Under the pieces are notes generated by a model. That model did no database searches and had not been told where the DNA came from. It saw only the letters and a list, made by a program, of their open reading frames with translations. Below are positions 12,001 through 27,791 of a DNA stretch of 64,000 bases, in pieces. The translations under genes were made by a program, and so were the position numbers. This stretch comes from Ostrea edulis (lineage: Eukaryota). The stretch's first letter is position 1. Every line of letters starts with the position of its first letter. Location of the stretch: positions 92,318,001 to 92,382,000 of the forward strand of contig NC_079167.1 in the NCBI RefSeq assembly GCF_947568905.1, written 5' to 3'.

Positions 12001-15000
12001 TCCAAGAACTTTCTATCAACTATGACCCTTTCAATATATACGTTTCAGCAACAATTCTGGGACGGACGCCATATTTAAGTAAGTATTACTGTGTGTGGTG
12101 ATTCAAACTAAAATATGGATGAGTATGATAATGTCTTCGAAAATTTTATTATTAGCGGAGTTCACAAAATTTCCGACACCTGTCAAGAATCTTGGTAGTG
12201 ACGCCTTGTTTGCAAATCTGAAATCTGCGGACGAATGTGCCAATGCCTGTCTATCTATAAATCGGTTTCCATGCAATAGTTTTGACTACTGTTCCGAAAC
12301 CAACAAGTGTTACCTAAGCAGACAACATGTTTCCACTGGAAACGCACCGTCAGTCAACAATTCTTGTCAACATTATTCTAGTAAGTGATTCTAAGAATAT
12401 GTACAAAACATGCAATATCATTCATTCACCCGTTTGTTTATTACACATTACACATTCGATTGTTCGTTACACATTCGTTTCTTTGTTACAGATTCGTTTC
12501 TTTGGTTTGTTTGGTTTACCTTTGTAATTTCGATGCACACCGCAATATAATGAATCATCTTTTCCTTAACTATTTTCCATGCTCAAAGAAATGTTATGTA
12601 TATGATTTTTCTTTTGAAAAGAAACGGTGAACGCCTCCTCGGTTCCGGCTCCTACATTGGTGGTGGCCTACAGCAACCTCAAAAATGCAGTATATGGTGG
12701 TCAGTTGAGAGTTGTAATTAGTGCCAATAATCACACTGTGAGTGACAAAATATTCCCGTCAGGTTAATTAAGGATTTTATTATTTTTTTAGTACAGATTA
12801 TTCATAAACATGTGCAGTTTTTTTTATATATTAATGTAGATTAATGATCGAGAATGTTTCACCCATATGGAGACGTCACCATTACCGGTAAAGTGCTGCA
12901 AAATGTAGGCCTATGCTCGGCGCTTACGGCCTTTGAATAAAGGGGGATCTTTATCGTGCCCCTCCTGCTGTGACACAAGGTCTCGGTTTTTGCGGTTCAT
13001 CCGAAGGACTGTCCCATTTTGTCGCCTCTTTCTACAAGCAAGGGGTTTTGAGGGACTATACCATCCCGGATCCCCACGGGATATATAGATTAAAGTGCTA
13101 TAGTGTTGAAAGTTTAAAGAAGAAAATTAGAGGAAAAATTTATTATTTCATATTGATAAAAATTGATTTCAGACACTTTACAAAGCAGCTTCCATTAAAG
13201 ACATTCTATCGAGTTCCAGTGACGGCGGTCAGGGTGGTGAGAATCAGTTATTTTTGTCAAATGTCATCAATGTACAAATTCAAACCAGAATAATTTTAAA
13301 TTGGTTCGTTTTGTTGATTTCCTTACCTTAATTTTGATAGGTCCGATGATGAAGCACTTCACTGAATACAAGCAGAATTCTATAATGGTTAAGAGCGACT
13401 TCTCACTGAATGGTATTGCTGTGGACGACTGTGCCACTGAGTGTCTTACGGAAGAACTATTTGACTGCCAGTCTTTTGTGTATTGCACGGGACAGAAGCT
13501 CTGTCTTCTTAGCAAGGTTCATCCAGATTTGAACCAGACGTTTGTTCAACCTCACAAATTCTGCGATCTGTATACAAGTAGGGACATTCATGTTGTTGTA
13601 TAATTACATTCTCTGCATTTACAGGAATATTCTATTTCCTACAAATTGTATTACTTATGTTTATTGAGCAATTAACCATTTAATTATTTGGAAGAAACTA
13701 TCAATCACATGTAACTGTATCATGATCAACTACATGTTCGCTAGTATTTCAGCCATTATTTTTACAGTATACTATTAATGAAATTATAGGTATGTTGATT
13801 TCTCCTCTTAGGGCAATATTTGGACCATTATAATGCGAAGCCCGGAACCACCTTTCCCACAAATGCTGACAACGTCATCATGGCAGTGCCCACCCCGAAT
13901 CTCTGCGCAAAAGAGTGCACGGTTACTGGTAGTTGTAAATCATTTGACTACTGCTCAGACTCCAAAACATGTAGATTGAAAAATACGCATGAACTAGACG
14001 CACCAAATGCAGTGTTTGAGAAAACCCCAAATTGTAATCACTATTCACGTGAGTAACTAACGATCTTTAGAGAAAAGCACTTGATTTTCATTTTTATGTC
14101 CCCCTTGAAAAAAGGAGGGCGCATATCTTTGCACCTGTCGGTCAGTATGCCAGTCGGTTGGTTAGTTGTTTTACATCATTTCGAGAACTTTTCACTCATA
14201 TTGAGACGTTCTTTAACGTGCCAACGCCTGTCGCGACATGGGACCTTCATTTTTAAGGCCATACCCGAAAGACCCGTAATTATCACTTTTAAATGCCGAT
14301 CATTTGCAGAAGGAGCAACCACTACCTATTTTACCGTCTTAGGTTTGAATAAGACGGGGTTAGGGTTAGGGTTAGGGTTCATGGCACGAGCGGGGCTCTA
14401 ACTCACAACCTATCGGTTATGTAATCGGTCAGTCGATAGATCAAGAGTTATTTGCTTAATATCTTAAGATCTCTTTACTTGACAGATATCAAACTTGGTA
14501 TACTGGTTTGCTCTGAAGAGTAGATGATCCCTATTAATTTTGATATCACAAGGTAGGAAGATATTGTTCGATCAATATCTACAGAATCCTGTGTTTGACA
14601 GACAAAAACACCTTGTAAACTAATATCTCCTAAATAGCAGATGACTCCAAGTGGTTTTCAAGTGACAAGTTCAAAGATTATGACTCGAATGACTAGTTAC
14701 TTAGAAAATCTGCCCAGTACCTTCAGAGATCAAACTAAATATTGTGGTTTCCTCTGACTAGCAGTAGATAACCCATATGTTTCACTATCATTACAGATAT
14801 TCTAAATTTATAGTGTTTCTAAAACAGTCTTGTTCCTTTTTTACCGGTCGCGGCATGTTGTGGTTAGCAACGGTGAGGTTCGGGATATATTCTTGATTCC
14901 GGAGGCTGCATTATACCCAAGACGTTTAACACAGTTAATGAATGTTTTTCCGACAAACACGCAGCTTCAGAAGTGAACGTGACGGGTCTTGCGGATATGG

Positions 15001-16021
15001 CTTTAAAACGTGAGGTCCCATGTCACGGCAGGCGTTCGAATGATTGAGAACTATCATTGCCACGACCTGGGTACTATGTAAGGGTTAATGTACGAGTATC
15101 GCTCCATTGCTTTTAAGGAATGGAGTGATACGAGTACATTGACCCACTTAAAATCCACCTTAATAAAAACTAAACTTTGTGCATTTTAATCATGTCTTAC
15201 GTTTTTCATTCTTTTGTTGCATGCATTTATATCTACTTGTATAAAGGTTGACCTACTTTCCGAACACTCCATTCCTGAAAAATAATGGAGTGTTCGAACA
15301 AAAGAATGACGTCATAGGTGGATTTTAAGCAAAAGTCAGTGACACTTCATACACTACAGGTGGTGTCCCTATACGAGTGATCAATTCTGAAATGGGACGT
15401 GAAATAACAAACAAAACATTTCCTATGTATGTTTCACATTTGTAATAAAGTACCGAAATATTATTTAAGCTGTCGAAAACTTGGCAGGTAACCATCAGCT
15501 GTAAAGATAAATTTTTCTCTTAGGAAGACTTACAAGCTAAACTTTATACATCCACGTTTAATGAATAAATGTCTTATTGTATAATACATGTACTTACGTG
15601 GAGGGACCATCAAGAAAATCATCTTGTCATTTAAAGGAAAATATATCGACGACTTTAAATTTGTGGAGGGAAAACAGATGAACTTTGGGAAAGTTTTAGA
15701 GTTTGATGGAGTATCGGTGGATCAATGTGCGAAGTTGTGTGTAGAAGAGGAAGATGTGCATTGTCGAACCTTCGCTTACTGTGATAAATACAAGCAGTGT
15801 AAATTAATGACTCAAACCCCAAGACAGGTTGGTCCAGGGTACATCTCCTCAAGTGGCCTCTGCAACCTTTACATAAGTAAGTAGAAAGTTTATCACTTAT
15901 TATATTCTAGCAGGAATACACTGACGGCTTTGAAATATTCATTCAAATGTGTTTCTAAGGAAAGGCTTAAGCTTTGAATTGTCATATGAATTTTAAGGGT
16001 TGATGATAGATATATTGAAAG

Positions 16022-16058
<37 letters not shown>

Positions 16059-16129
16059 ATTTAAACAATATTTTATTATGTATGAAACAAATGGATTAGG
16101 CAGCAGGCTTGCAGCCTATATAAGCCTTC

Positions 16130-16183
<54 letters not shown>

Positions 16184-16552
16184 CTTTTATTTTATCATTT
16201 ATTCTATGCTTTTATATTATATTATTTCTAGGAGTCTATAACCCTTCATCTTCATTACCAAGTAATACTTCCAAAGTAATCTACAGAAATTTATCACCAC
16301 AGTCATCTCACTCAGATTTAGGTAAAAGCAGCTTTTCAATTAACAAATTACAAATAAGCAACACTTCTCAAGCTTTACAGAATTAATGTGGCCTGTCATT
16401 TATCTTTACTTACAGGCCTTCTTCTGGGGACATCGTTTGGTGTATTTATATTTGGTCTCGTGTTAGGAGGAGGGGCGGTTTACTTTTTCCGGAAATACAA
16501 AAGGAAAGACGATGAGATCACCATGGACATATTAGCAAATGAATCTGATTGA
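83..16552 (+). CDS. Multi-exon type-I membrane protein: signal peptide (partial), 3 ependymin/LolA-like modules, 5 PAN/Apple domains, TM helix, short cytoplasmic tail; start codon lies upstream of the window
   Basis: Hand-spliced GT-AG exons with consistent phases: 83-161, 957-1166, 1470-1600, 1715-1823, 2249-2400, 2749-2871, 4049-4160, 4684-4862, 5246-5350, 5613-5693, 5797-5920, 6928-7092, 7290-7523 (PAN1), 8912-9027, 9153-9192, 9281-9378, 9480-9591, 9690-9868, 11305-11415, 11504-11584, 11677-11800, 11905-12078, 12156-12380 (PAN2), 12622-12737, 13173-13236, 13341-13577 (PAN3), 13812-14048 (PAN4), 15637-15876 (PAN5), 16232-16321, 16416-16552 (TGA). Total 4185 nt, one open frame. Motifs: ILVLLLGSWTVTVASFCD (signal-like); PQLPSTFQTRIE...EYYDYDGNRVR...YIGQDSVRGIVVDHW...FETPVGVIC (ependymin-like); CAxxC...CxSFDYC...CxL...CxHY (PAN); GLLLGTSFGVFIFGLVLGGGAVYFF-RKYKRK (TM plus stop-transfer). 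Confidence 0.88.
230..620. repeat. Interspersed non-coding repeat with internal inverted repeat (transposon remnant)
   Basis: Arm AAAATACACGAGGGTATGAACTGCAA is roughly inverted relative to TTGCAATTCATACTCTCATGAATTTT; related sequence recurs at ~11080-11220, 34510-34870, 38050-38800 and 42335-43000. Confidence 0.55.
1171..1245. repeat. 25-bp tandem repeat x3 immediately after a splice donor
   Basis: GTATTCGTCATCAATCGAGGGCAAT repeated three times. Confidence 0.9.
3183..4065 (+). repeat. 55/56-bp minisatellite (~16 units) made of a 3' splice acceptor plus exon start
   Basis: Unit GTAATGGGCTTTTTTTCTTGTTTTCGTTTCGATGTCAAG|GTTTGGTACGATGAAA; the last unit is the real acceptor of exon 4049-4160. Confidence 0.95.
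5333..5443 (+). repeat. ~21-bp tandem repeat x5 made of an exon 3' end plus splice donor
   Basis: AATTCTATTTTCTTTCT|GTAA repeated; reads EFYFLS-VKFYFLS in the coding frame. Confidence 0.9.
7640..8866 (+). mobile_element. 5'-truncated Penelope-like reverse-transcriptase retroelement (intronic), interrupted by a nested SINE-like element
   Basis: RT motifs GIPTGTNCAPLLADLFL, FRYIDDVLSINN, SYLDI, LYDKRDDFNFSIVNFP, AYGVYISQLIRYA; one frameshift; conserved 3' tail ...GATCACTGTTCGTTATCTTCRCCTTTCAT. Confidence 0.8.
8022..8291 (-). mobile_element. SINE-like element (Deu/Nin-domain-like core, (CAAT)n tail) nested in the RT
   Basis: 9-bp TSD TAGATATTT at 8013-8021 and 8292-8300; removing it restores YLDI-LLKVDING; core GTCCTTCG(T/G)ATGAGAC..AAACCGAGGT. 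Other copies at 12850-13080 and 25231-25485. Confidence 0.8.
10330..11075 (-). mobile_element. Penelope-like RT fragment (same family as 7640-8866)
   Basis: ORF 10711-11046 FRYIDDVLSINN...LYDKWDDFSFSIVHFP plus the same 3' tail. Confidence 0.8.
12850..13080 (-). mobile_element. SINE-like element copy
   Basis: Aligns by eye to 8022-8291 and ends in the same GGATCCCCACGGG terminus. Confidence 0.75.
14093..14800. mobile_element. Degenerate Helentron/HINE-like element with a nested SINE-like insert (~14170-14420)
   Basis: TTTTATGTCCCCCTTGAAAAAAGGAGGG terminal hairpin followed by a GTCGGTCAGT..GTCGGTTGGT microsatellite-like tract and degenerate internal repeats. Confidence 0.5.
15083..15329 (-). 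mobile_element. Short non-autonomous Helentron-like element nested in a degenerate SINE copy
   Basis: Sub-terminal IRs CTTAAAATCCACCT (15147-15160) and AGGTGGATTTTAAG (15316-15329); long terminal hairpin at 15083-15144; flanks resemble the SINE family on both sides. Confidence 0.6.
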
Positions 16553-18882
16553 ATTTATTGAACATTACATTTTTTTGGAATTTTGACAGTGGAATAATAG
16601 ATATTCCTGGGATTTCAATGTTGACGCTGAAAGAAATCGGCGTCCGTAGTTTGAACTCCTACCGGTGTATAAAGTGCGGGATTGGACCATTCTATCATTA
16701 CTTGATCACCTGGGACTTGTTGTGTCCAGTACTGTTAAGCTATAAAGAATTTGTTCTATTTCATTTAAGAGATAAATATATATTTGATTTTAAACTGTGT
16801 CGACCGTAGACAAAACATTAATTATGCGTTCGGTGTTTTCAGAAACATCTACAAAACGGAAATATCTTATCGCATAAATTCTGCCCAACTCGATCAGCAT
16901 AATTTCTAGTACAGTGCCCAACATGTTAGTATCATGTGCTATACATAGAAAAAGCTGTCCTGTTACCTTGAAAACACCCCCTAACAAATTCGAACATTTT
17001 AACGTTAAAACTTAATTAAAAAATGCCTACATTTCCAAAAAATATAACGATTTATGTAGATATTTGGAGACACAAATAATATTTAGAATTTTGAAATGAA
17101 AAGATATTATGTCTTAACGCATCTATAAACTCGTTTTATTTCATGGGGATTGTTTAGGTACAATTTTCTATTGATTAGAAACTTCAGCTTTGGAGTTGAG
17201 CCAATTGGCTATTGTTTTAGTATTCATGAAATGAGAACAAACATTTTAATTAACAACATATGGTACTATTGTTAAGGATTGGAAGCTAGGCTGGAACTTT
17301 GCAGGAGAAATCAAGCCAATTTTACATCGAAAATTATGATCTACAACAGGATATTTAAAAGTTTTTCATATAAATTACTATTTTAAGCAATATTATCTTT
17401 TTTGTTGTTTGAAATGATATCTTGATGGAAATTTAATTTATATTTTCACAAAACAGGTTGAGTGTACATTTTTGTTTTCTTGGTGTGGCCAGTAAATAAT
17501 TGATTTGTGTTATACTATACTACGCTAGAGATCAGTTAGAAATGATATTGTGAACTTCTTACAAGGCAACTTTTCTTTCTCTAATATTATCATCTATTCA
17601 AAACGAAGCAGCATCACTGGAAACGTATTCTGATCATATATTTTAGGGAGATAATTTTCGATTACGAATGAACGCAGTTTTGCAATTCCAGGTAATATGT
17701 ACGCGCAGTGTTTATTATGTATAGAACGCTAGGGTAGGTCCAAACCTTGTACATGTTATTGATCGTAGAGCTTCGCTTCGCTTTTATTCGCAAAGTGTCG
17801 CATCGAATGACAAAAGGCAGATATCTGCAATTTCGTTTGAATTCATAACTTTTCGCTTTTAAGGTAGCTCCATCTTCATGTGACTTATCAATATTAGTGG
17901 TTAAAAGTGGAAAAACGTTATTAATTTCCACTCAGTATAGTTTAATTCAATTAATAACCAAAGAAAATGTATATGTCACTACCATTTTAAAGATGTCAGA
18001 CATACAAAAATAGAAGTATACATCAACATCAGAAAATCACACATTTTCGTTAAACAGAATAATAAAACTAGATAAAAACTTGTTGAAATGACAAAATTTA
18101 AATATCAACAGTTTTAAAAAAAACTGCTAATTCATAAATGTGTATAGATTAATTGTGGATATTAGGGAAACCAATGTATAATAGACATCCAGTAGAGGAA
18201 ATTCCAGCATAGGAGTTATTGCCCTTGACAACATTTTTTAAATCTTAAACAATTGATTATCTATGGAAAATATAAACTTTTTCAGTATTATTAGTTTACC
18301 AGATATTTTATTATATCCAGTGAATAGCATTCCTTAGAAAGATATATTTCTATCATGTGCAAAGTTGAATTTATTAAGATTTTTGCAAAAACCTATGACA
18401 TCACATGAGGATCGATCAACCTATTGGTTTATATTTTTGCATCTATTCGCATGACAAACATCTCTCAAAATTTTAGTCAAATAATAAGTTTCCTTAAACA
18501 TCAGGCCACGATTGAAAAATGATATCACTATAAAGTCCTCCATTATAATAACACCTTTATTTGTTTGAATGATGGTCGATTTTGATAGCGCAATTATTCC
18601 ACTGATGACATTGAAATAAAGTTTTTCTAACAGCATACATTGTATGTTCGTAAAGAATGGCTCACTCAACTCATTAACTCGATGCAGACAATCTATGATA
18701 TGTCCGTCAGCTCTGCAAGATGCGTAGTTCCCCATGTGCAAGACATCACGGTCTGCAGTGTAACGTTCTTGAAAACGGAACGGAATGACATCATCAAAAG
18801 AGACAACACCAGCCTCTCATTGGCTGAGGTAGATTGTCTGTGTCAGTGTTGTCTACATGTCAGTTATCCACTCCATTTATGT

Positions 18883-20123
<1,241 letters not shown>

Positions 20124-20199
20124 TTTTTTCTCTCTCTGTCAATACCCAAAGTGCACCGATCTGTATTGTGATATTCTATGTAGGAACAAACTCTAGCTC

Positions 20200-20342
20200 T
20201 TTATATACTTGGTAAAAGACAGGTTATTTTTGACCTGTTAAATGCCAATGCTGGTATAAACAGCGTTTTACTTCCAGCGTGTCTACTTATGACGAAATAC
20301 TTAGTTGTGAATGTAAACAATTATGACGCGAGGTGTTCCGAA
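20200..20342 (-). promoter_or_regulatory. Proximal promoter of ARF copy A: TATA box plus conserved TTCCAGCGTG / TGACGAAA / GAGGNNTTCCGAA blocks
   Basis: TATATAAA (minus) ~80 bp upstream of the ATG; the same blocks in the same order occur upstream of copies C, D, E and F. Confidence 0.65.
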
Positions 20343-21012
20343 TGCACACTGTCGCTATGAACAATGATTTTCTCTCGTACATTCATGTATCCTGCCTGCA
20401 TCTTGAGTGTGTATTACAAGCTGTGTAAAGAATTAATGCAGAGACGAAAAAAATTTGTTAATCATAATTGGAAAAATGTAGTAAGACGATATCTCTGAAT
20501 AAATCCCAGATATACTTTTTAATTTGATATTAATGTGTGTAAGTTTTAAATCACTTAATAAGCAAATATATCATAATCCTTTAAAGTAACCATTTTATAC
20601 ATGCAGCAATGTTATGACATTAATCGACAACATTGCAGTTGTTATTGTGGAGTCAAAATCAATTTCCTTTACATGTTCAGGTACTGGAATAGAATGCCAG
20701 GTATTCTGGGTTAAAGTTCAAATTTTATTTTTCACCATATGTGGCAAAGGTGTATAGATCTATTAATAAAAAAGTATATATATGCATGTAAAATGAAAAA
20801 AAAACAATAATAAAAAGAACCCCCCACCCCCCTAAAAAAACCAAACAAACAATGTTCAACATAAATCATTTGCCTAATTGATTTGAATTTCGTCAATAGA
20901 ATATTTCCGCATAGCCAAACGCTCCTGTCACCCTGCACACCCCTCCTACGACAGGTGGACATGTATTTTTTAAATCTTTTTTGGAAGAATAATCTTTCTT
21001 TTCCTGAGCTGC

Positions 21013-21073
<61 letters not shown>

Positions 21074-22836
21074 TTTTTAAGGAGAACACGTAGAATTTAC
21101 GATTGGAAATAATTACCTCATTTTCATATCTCGTACTATAACCACGATTGATTGAAAAAAAAAATCTATTAGGCCAATATAGGCGTAGTTCATGAAATCC
21201 TCTTTCGCAAAATATGTCCTGCAAGTCACAAATGCAAGGACTTGCCCTACATAAAATACAAATTCTATTGCAACCTGTGTACATTCTGTATTTCGATTGG
21301 TGAATGACTCGACGTTTCCGACTATTACATTGACAGTCGTGATCCACTTTTGTATTCCTCCGCAGTTATCAGTGTGGGTTAAAATGCCACAAAATGTGAA
21401 ATTGCATTAGAATGGCAATGAATATCTGCTACAAAAGCAACTGTTAATGCTGATTCTAAAGTTGTAAAATTGTATTAGGTGTATTGAAAGCGACGTATTG
21501 TAAAAAAATAAATAATAAAATGTGGTTGGTTGGTTACTGCACTCCCCGTCGAATTTTTTAAACTAAATTCTTCTTGTTCATTTTGAAATCATAATTTCAT
21601 CAAAGTAAAGAATAAACTATTTTGGAAAAGAACATTTTGGTCGTAGTCGTAAGTTGCTTTGTAAAATCCCAGAACTTCTCTTACATTTTATGCAGTAGCC
21701 AAATGATCTTTTGGAAGATGATTGGTGGTGTCCTTTAGATGTACAATAACGTTCCGAAATTTTCTTTTTCACCTTGAGGGGCAAATGGGGTGGATAAAAC
21801 AACGAACAAATACCTGGTGCTCCGTGCATTGTATCATTGCACCAAAAATACATTGTTTGCTTTAAAGGACACATGACACAAAAAATTATTTGTCTACAAT
21901 CATTGTCTTTATAATCCTGAAGTCAGATTCTCACACTGAATCTGTTAAACACGCTAGGTTGGAATCTGAATCATTTTAAAGATACACTGTATTTGAACAA
22001 TTAAAGAATGATGGGAGTTGGGATGACCCCAGGGCCCTTGCCCGTTAGAATACTAATGCATCTTGATATGTGCAGTAGGAATATACATGGTTTAGGGGCA
22101 GGACCTCAATTGATTTAAATATTTTCAGCAATTATGAAATATGGTTATGGATGATCCCAGGGCTCATACCCAACAGAATACTCAATGCATTTTGACACAT
22201 GCAGCTATGTGGTAGCTGTTGTGGCTTTGCTAGTTGCACAAGTAAGGCGAAGAGAATATCTAAAGGCAAACACTTATGTGTATTACTGTCTTATGACAGC
22301 ATCTAGCTTGATCTACAATAATGTTTGGGTTCGTTATTATCACAAACCTTGAGGATATCACTCTACAAGTGACGAGTGTTCAACAGAATGTTAATCTTCA
22401 TTGAGACGATTTGTTATTTCTACATTATGTAAACAAACAGTGTATGTAAAAGAGTATCTGCTATCTGTCAAGGGTAGTAAGTCTAAATTAAGAATCAATT
22501 TTACCGACAATAATTTTATACTGAATTTGAATATTACATCTGTCCTCTCAGGATACCATATGAAATGAATGAAATACTGATGGTTATTCAAATATCAAAT
22601 AAAACAGCCTTCGTAATAATTATAACAGAGTAAAATTCAAGCGAGTGATATTTTACATTGAAATCCAATCATAGACTGGTACATGTATATTATACACGTA
22701 TTTATGGCACATGGTTTTCTTATTGAATGACTGTCTATTCACATCCTGTATGTTGGTGTTCTCGCATCGCCTGATGAACGAACTATCTCGCTTTTACATA
22801 AATTGTGTACGTTGATTGATGAATCGTGTCTCTATA

Positions 22837-23588
22837 GGTAGCAGGGGACAGTTTCGCACTGTAGGCCCGGTAGCAGGGGACAGTTTCGCACTATAGGCCC
22901 GGTAGCAGGGGACAGTTTCGCACTATAGGCCCGGTTGCAGGGGACAGTTTCGCACTATAGGCCCGGTCAACTTTTTAAAAAAAATGAAAATACACCCATA
23001 TTTGAAGTGATATTACATGTGTTAAAATATATACAATAATTTTAGGATGCATGTCAAATGTAGCTGAGTGATTGATAAAAAGGTTGATATACAACAGGTA
23101 GGTGTCACCATGATTCCTAGCATGTAGATGGGTGCAAATACGAAACTAAGACACGTTTGATCAGTTGCTGAAGAAATTCCGGTGTAAACATGCATGGTCC
23201 AGCAAAATGTCTGTAGCTGAGAGGGAAGGTGGATGGCCAAATATAAAAGGTAGATTTTTAAGAAGGGCAGATAGGGTTCTTGATTGTGCACAGTGTCTAA
23301 ATCCCCACGCTTGGTACTATGATGGTGTGGGGGCGGTGCGGATTAGCCCAAATGAGAGAAAATCAAAGCAAAAAGAAGGGCACCTGCTCAGAGCATGTTT
23401 TGTACACCAGCACCAGTATTTATAGATTACATTTAATTTAGGGTCATAATTTATTGACTACACCAATATGAAATACAAGTATTGACATAAAATGGAAATA
23501 TGATTTTTCATTAGTCTGTCATAATCTGACTTTAATGTATACCCCCTACCCACATGTTTCAGAACCAAAGAAACTGTCCCCTGCCACC
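22837..23588. mobile_element. MITE with 19-bp TIRs and a 3-bp TSD; left terminus amplified as 32-bp x4
   Basis: GGTAGCAGGGGACAGTTTC ... GAAACTGTCCCCTGCCACC (18/19 match); ATA on both sides (22834-22836, 23589-23591). Confidence 0.8.
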
Positions 23589-24075
23589 ATAGAATGATAC
23601 GGGTAACATTGTATGAATCGTGTCTCTACAGAATGATAGGGTAACAGTGTATGAATCGTGTCTATATAGAATGATAGGGTAACAGTGTATGAATCGTGTC
23701 TCTACAGAATGATAGGGTAACAGTGTATGAATCGTGTCTCTACAGAATGATAGGGTAACAGTGTATGAATCGTGTCTATATAGAATGATAGGGTAACAGT
23801 GTATGAATCGTGTCTATATAGAATGATAGGGTAACAGTGTATGAATCGTGTCTCTACAGAATGATAGGGTAACAGTGTATGAATCGTGTCTATATAGAAT
23901 GATAGGGTAACAGTGTATGAATCGTGTCTATATAGAATGATACGGGTAGCAGTGTATAAATCGTGTCTCTACAGAATGATACGGGTAACATTGTATGAAT
24001 CGTGTCTCTACAGAATGATAGGGTAACAGTGTATGAATCGTGTCTCTACAGAATGATACGGGTAACAGAGTATGC
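23589..24075. repeat. 38-bp minisatellite (~13 units) downstream of ARF copy B
   Basis: Unit GTAACAGTGTATGAATCGTGTCTCTACAGAATGATAGG. Confidence 0.95.
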
Positions 24076-24294
24076 ATATTTATCTGTACTGCCTTATGTC
24101 TATTTATACAGAATTCATTAAAGCTGCAAACAAGACCATGATGATATCGTTCTAGTCAGTAAGGTCTGGTCCTCTTAGTATGATACCATCGTTTGGTGTA
24201 CACCAGGGCGGTACACTGTCTCGTCATCTCTTTCGGCATTTTACAAGAACAATCGATTGGTGCCTTTCAACCAGATTAAAGCGAGTAATCGATT

Positions 24295-26827
<2,533 letters not shown>

Positions 26828-27747
26828 GGTTTAAAAATTTCCTCTTCCGAAATTGTGAGAAGATCAATACTTAATTCATTTTGTATTTTGATTTTATACA
26901 ATGTTCACTGTGTGTGGCATGCGAACATACACGTTTCTAGCTTGTATGTATGACGTAACATCCGGTCACATCTAAACACGGACTGAATCAATGAATACTA
27001 CATTCATCAATTCATGTCTAAATCACCAGGAAAGGGAGACATAACGTACGAGTATATTAAATGTCCTACGACACAATAAATGAGCTCTGTTTTGTGTTTT
27101 GGATAGTAGATCTAGTGAAATCCAGGAAGTCATATGCATACTACATATATACGACGTTTGTGTGAACAATGGTTGTCTTGTTACAACAACTGCATGTTCT
27201 TGATTCACCTTTGAATAAAAATCACCATGATAAGAAAAGAAATCAAACCCTTCAGAGGTAATCATGCAATTTACATGAAAGTATACTTTTCAGAGCCTCA
27301 TGGACGATGGTCTGAAATTAACAGTAAAAATTAGGAACTTTAATTCAATAATGACAACGATCGTCAACTTAAATCTCCATGTGTTCATAACTACATTGTA
27401 TGTAAATTATTTAATGCTAGATAAAGGGAATTTTGTAATGTTACATTGTACATTTACATAGATTTGTTATTCAGCAATAAATGCATAAGTTGTTTATATG
27501 ATGAAGCCAGTGTGAAAGCATTGGAAATATGGGGTGGTTTCAGTAATCTAACTAGATCTATATTTTATGATATATATGTATACGGATGTATATTTAATTG
27601 CTGGGAATTTATTTCAAAATTAAGGATTATCTCCCTCGTGCATAGCTCTATCCTTGGACGAATTTGGCTCCAGTTTTTGACACTCTAGTTTTCCTTTTAG
27701 CTCTTAAATATTTATTGTTATTTCGAATTTCCAAAATTTCGGCTTGA

Positions 27748-27791
27748 GCATCACTGAAGAGACATTATTTGTCGAAATGCGCATCTGGTGC
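27748..27791 (+). ncRNA. Minimal type-I hammerhead ribozyme within a short Penelope pLTR/retrozyme-like repeat (~27590-27815)
   Basis: GCATCA-CTGAAGA-GACA(TTATT)TGTC-GAAA-TGCGCA-TC-TGGTGC: stem I GCATCA/TGGTGC, core CUGAAGA and GAAA, stem II GACA/TGTC, palindromic short stem III, AUC cleavage triplet (cut after C27785). Confidence 0.85.

Noticed and set aside
16024-16179. (TA)n, (GA)n and (CT)n(GT)n microsatellites and the ORFs crossing them (also 21014, 25959, 46211)
   Set aside because: Ordinary microsatellites; the ORFs are low-complexity artefacts.
16501-16552. Possible dileucine lysosomal sorting signal DEITMDIL in the cytoplasmic tail
   Set aside because: Spacing does not fit [DE]xxxL[LI] or DxxLL exactly, so it is not claimed.
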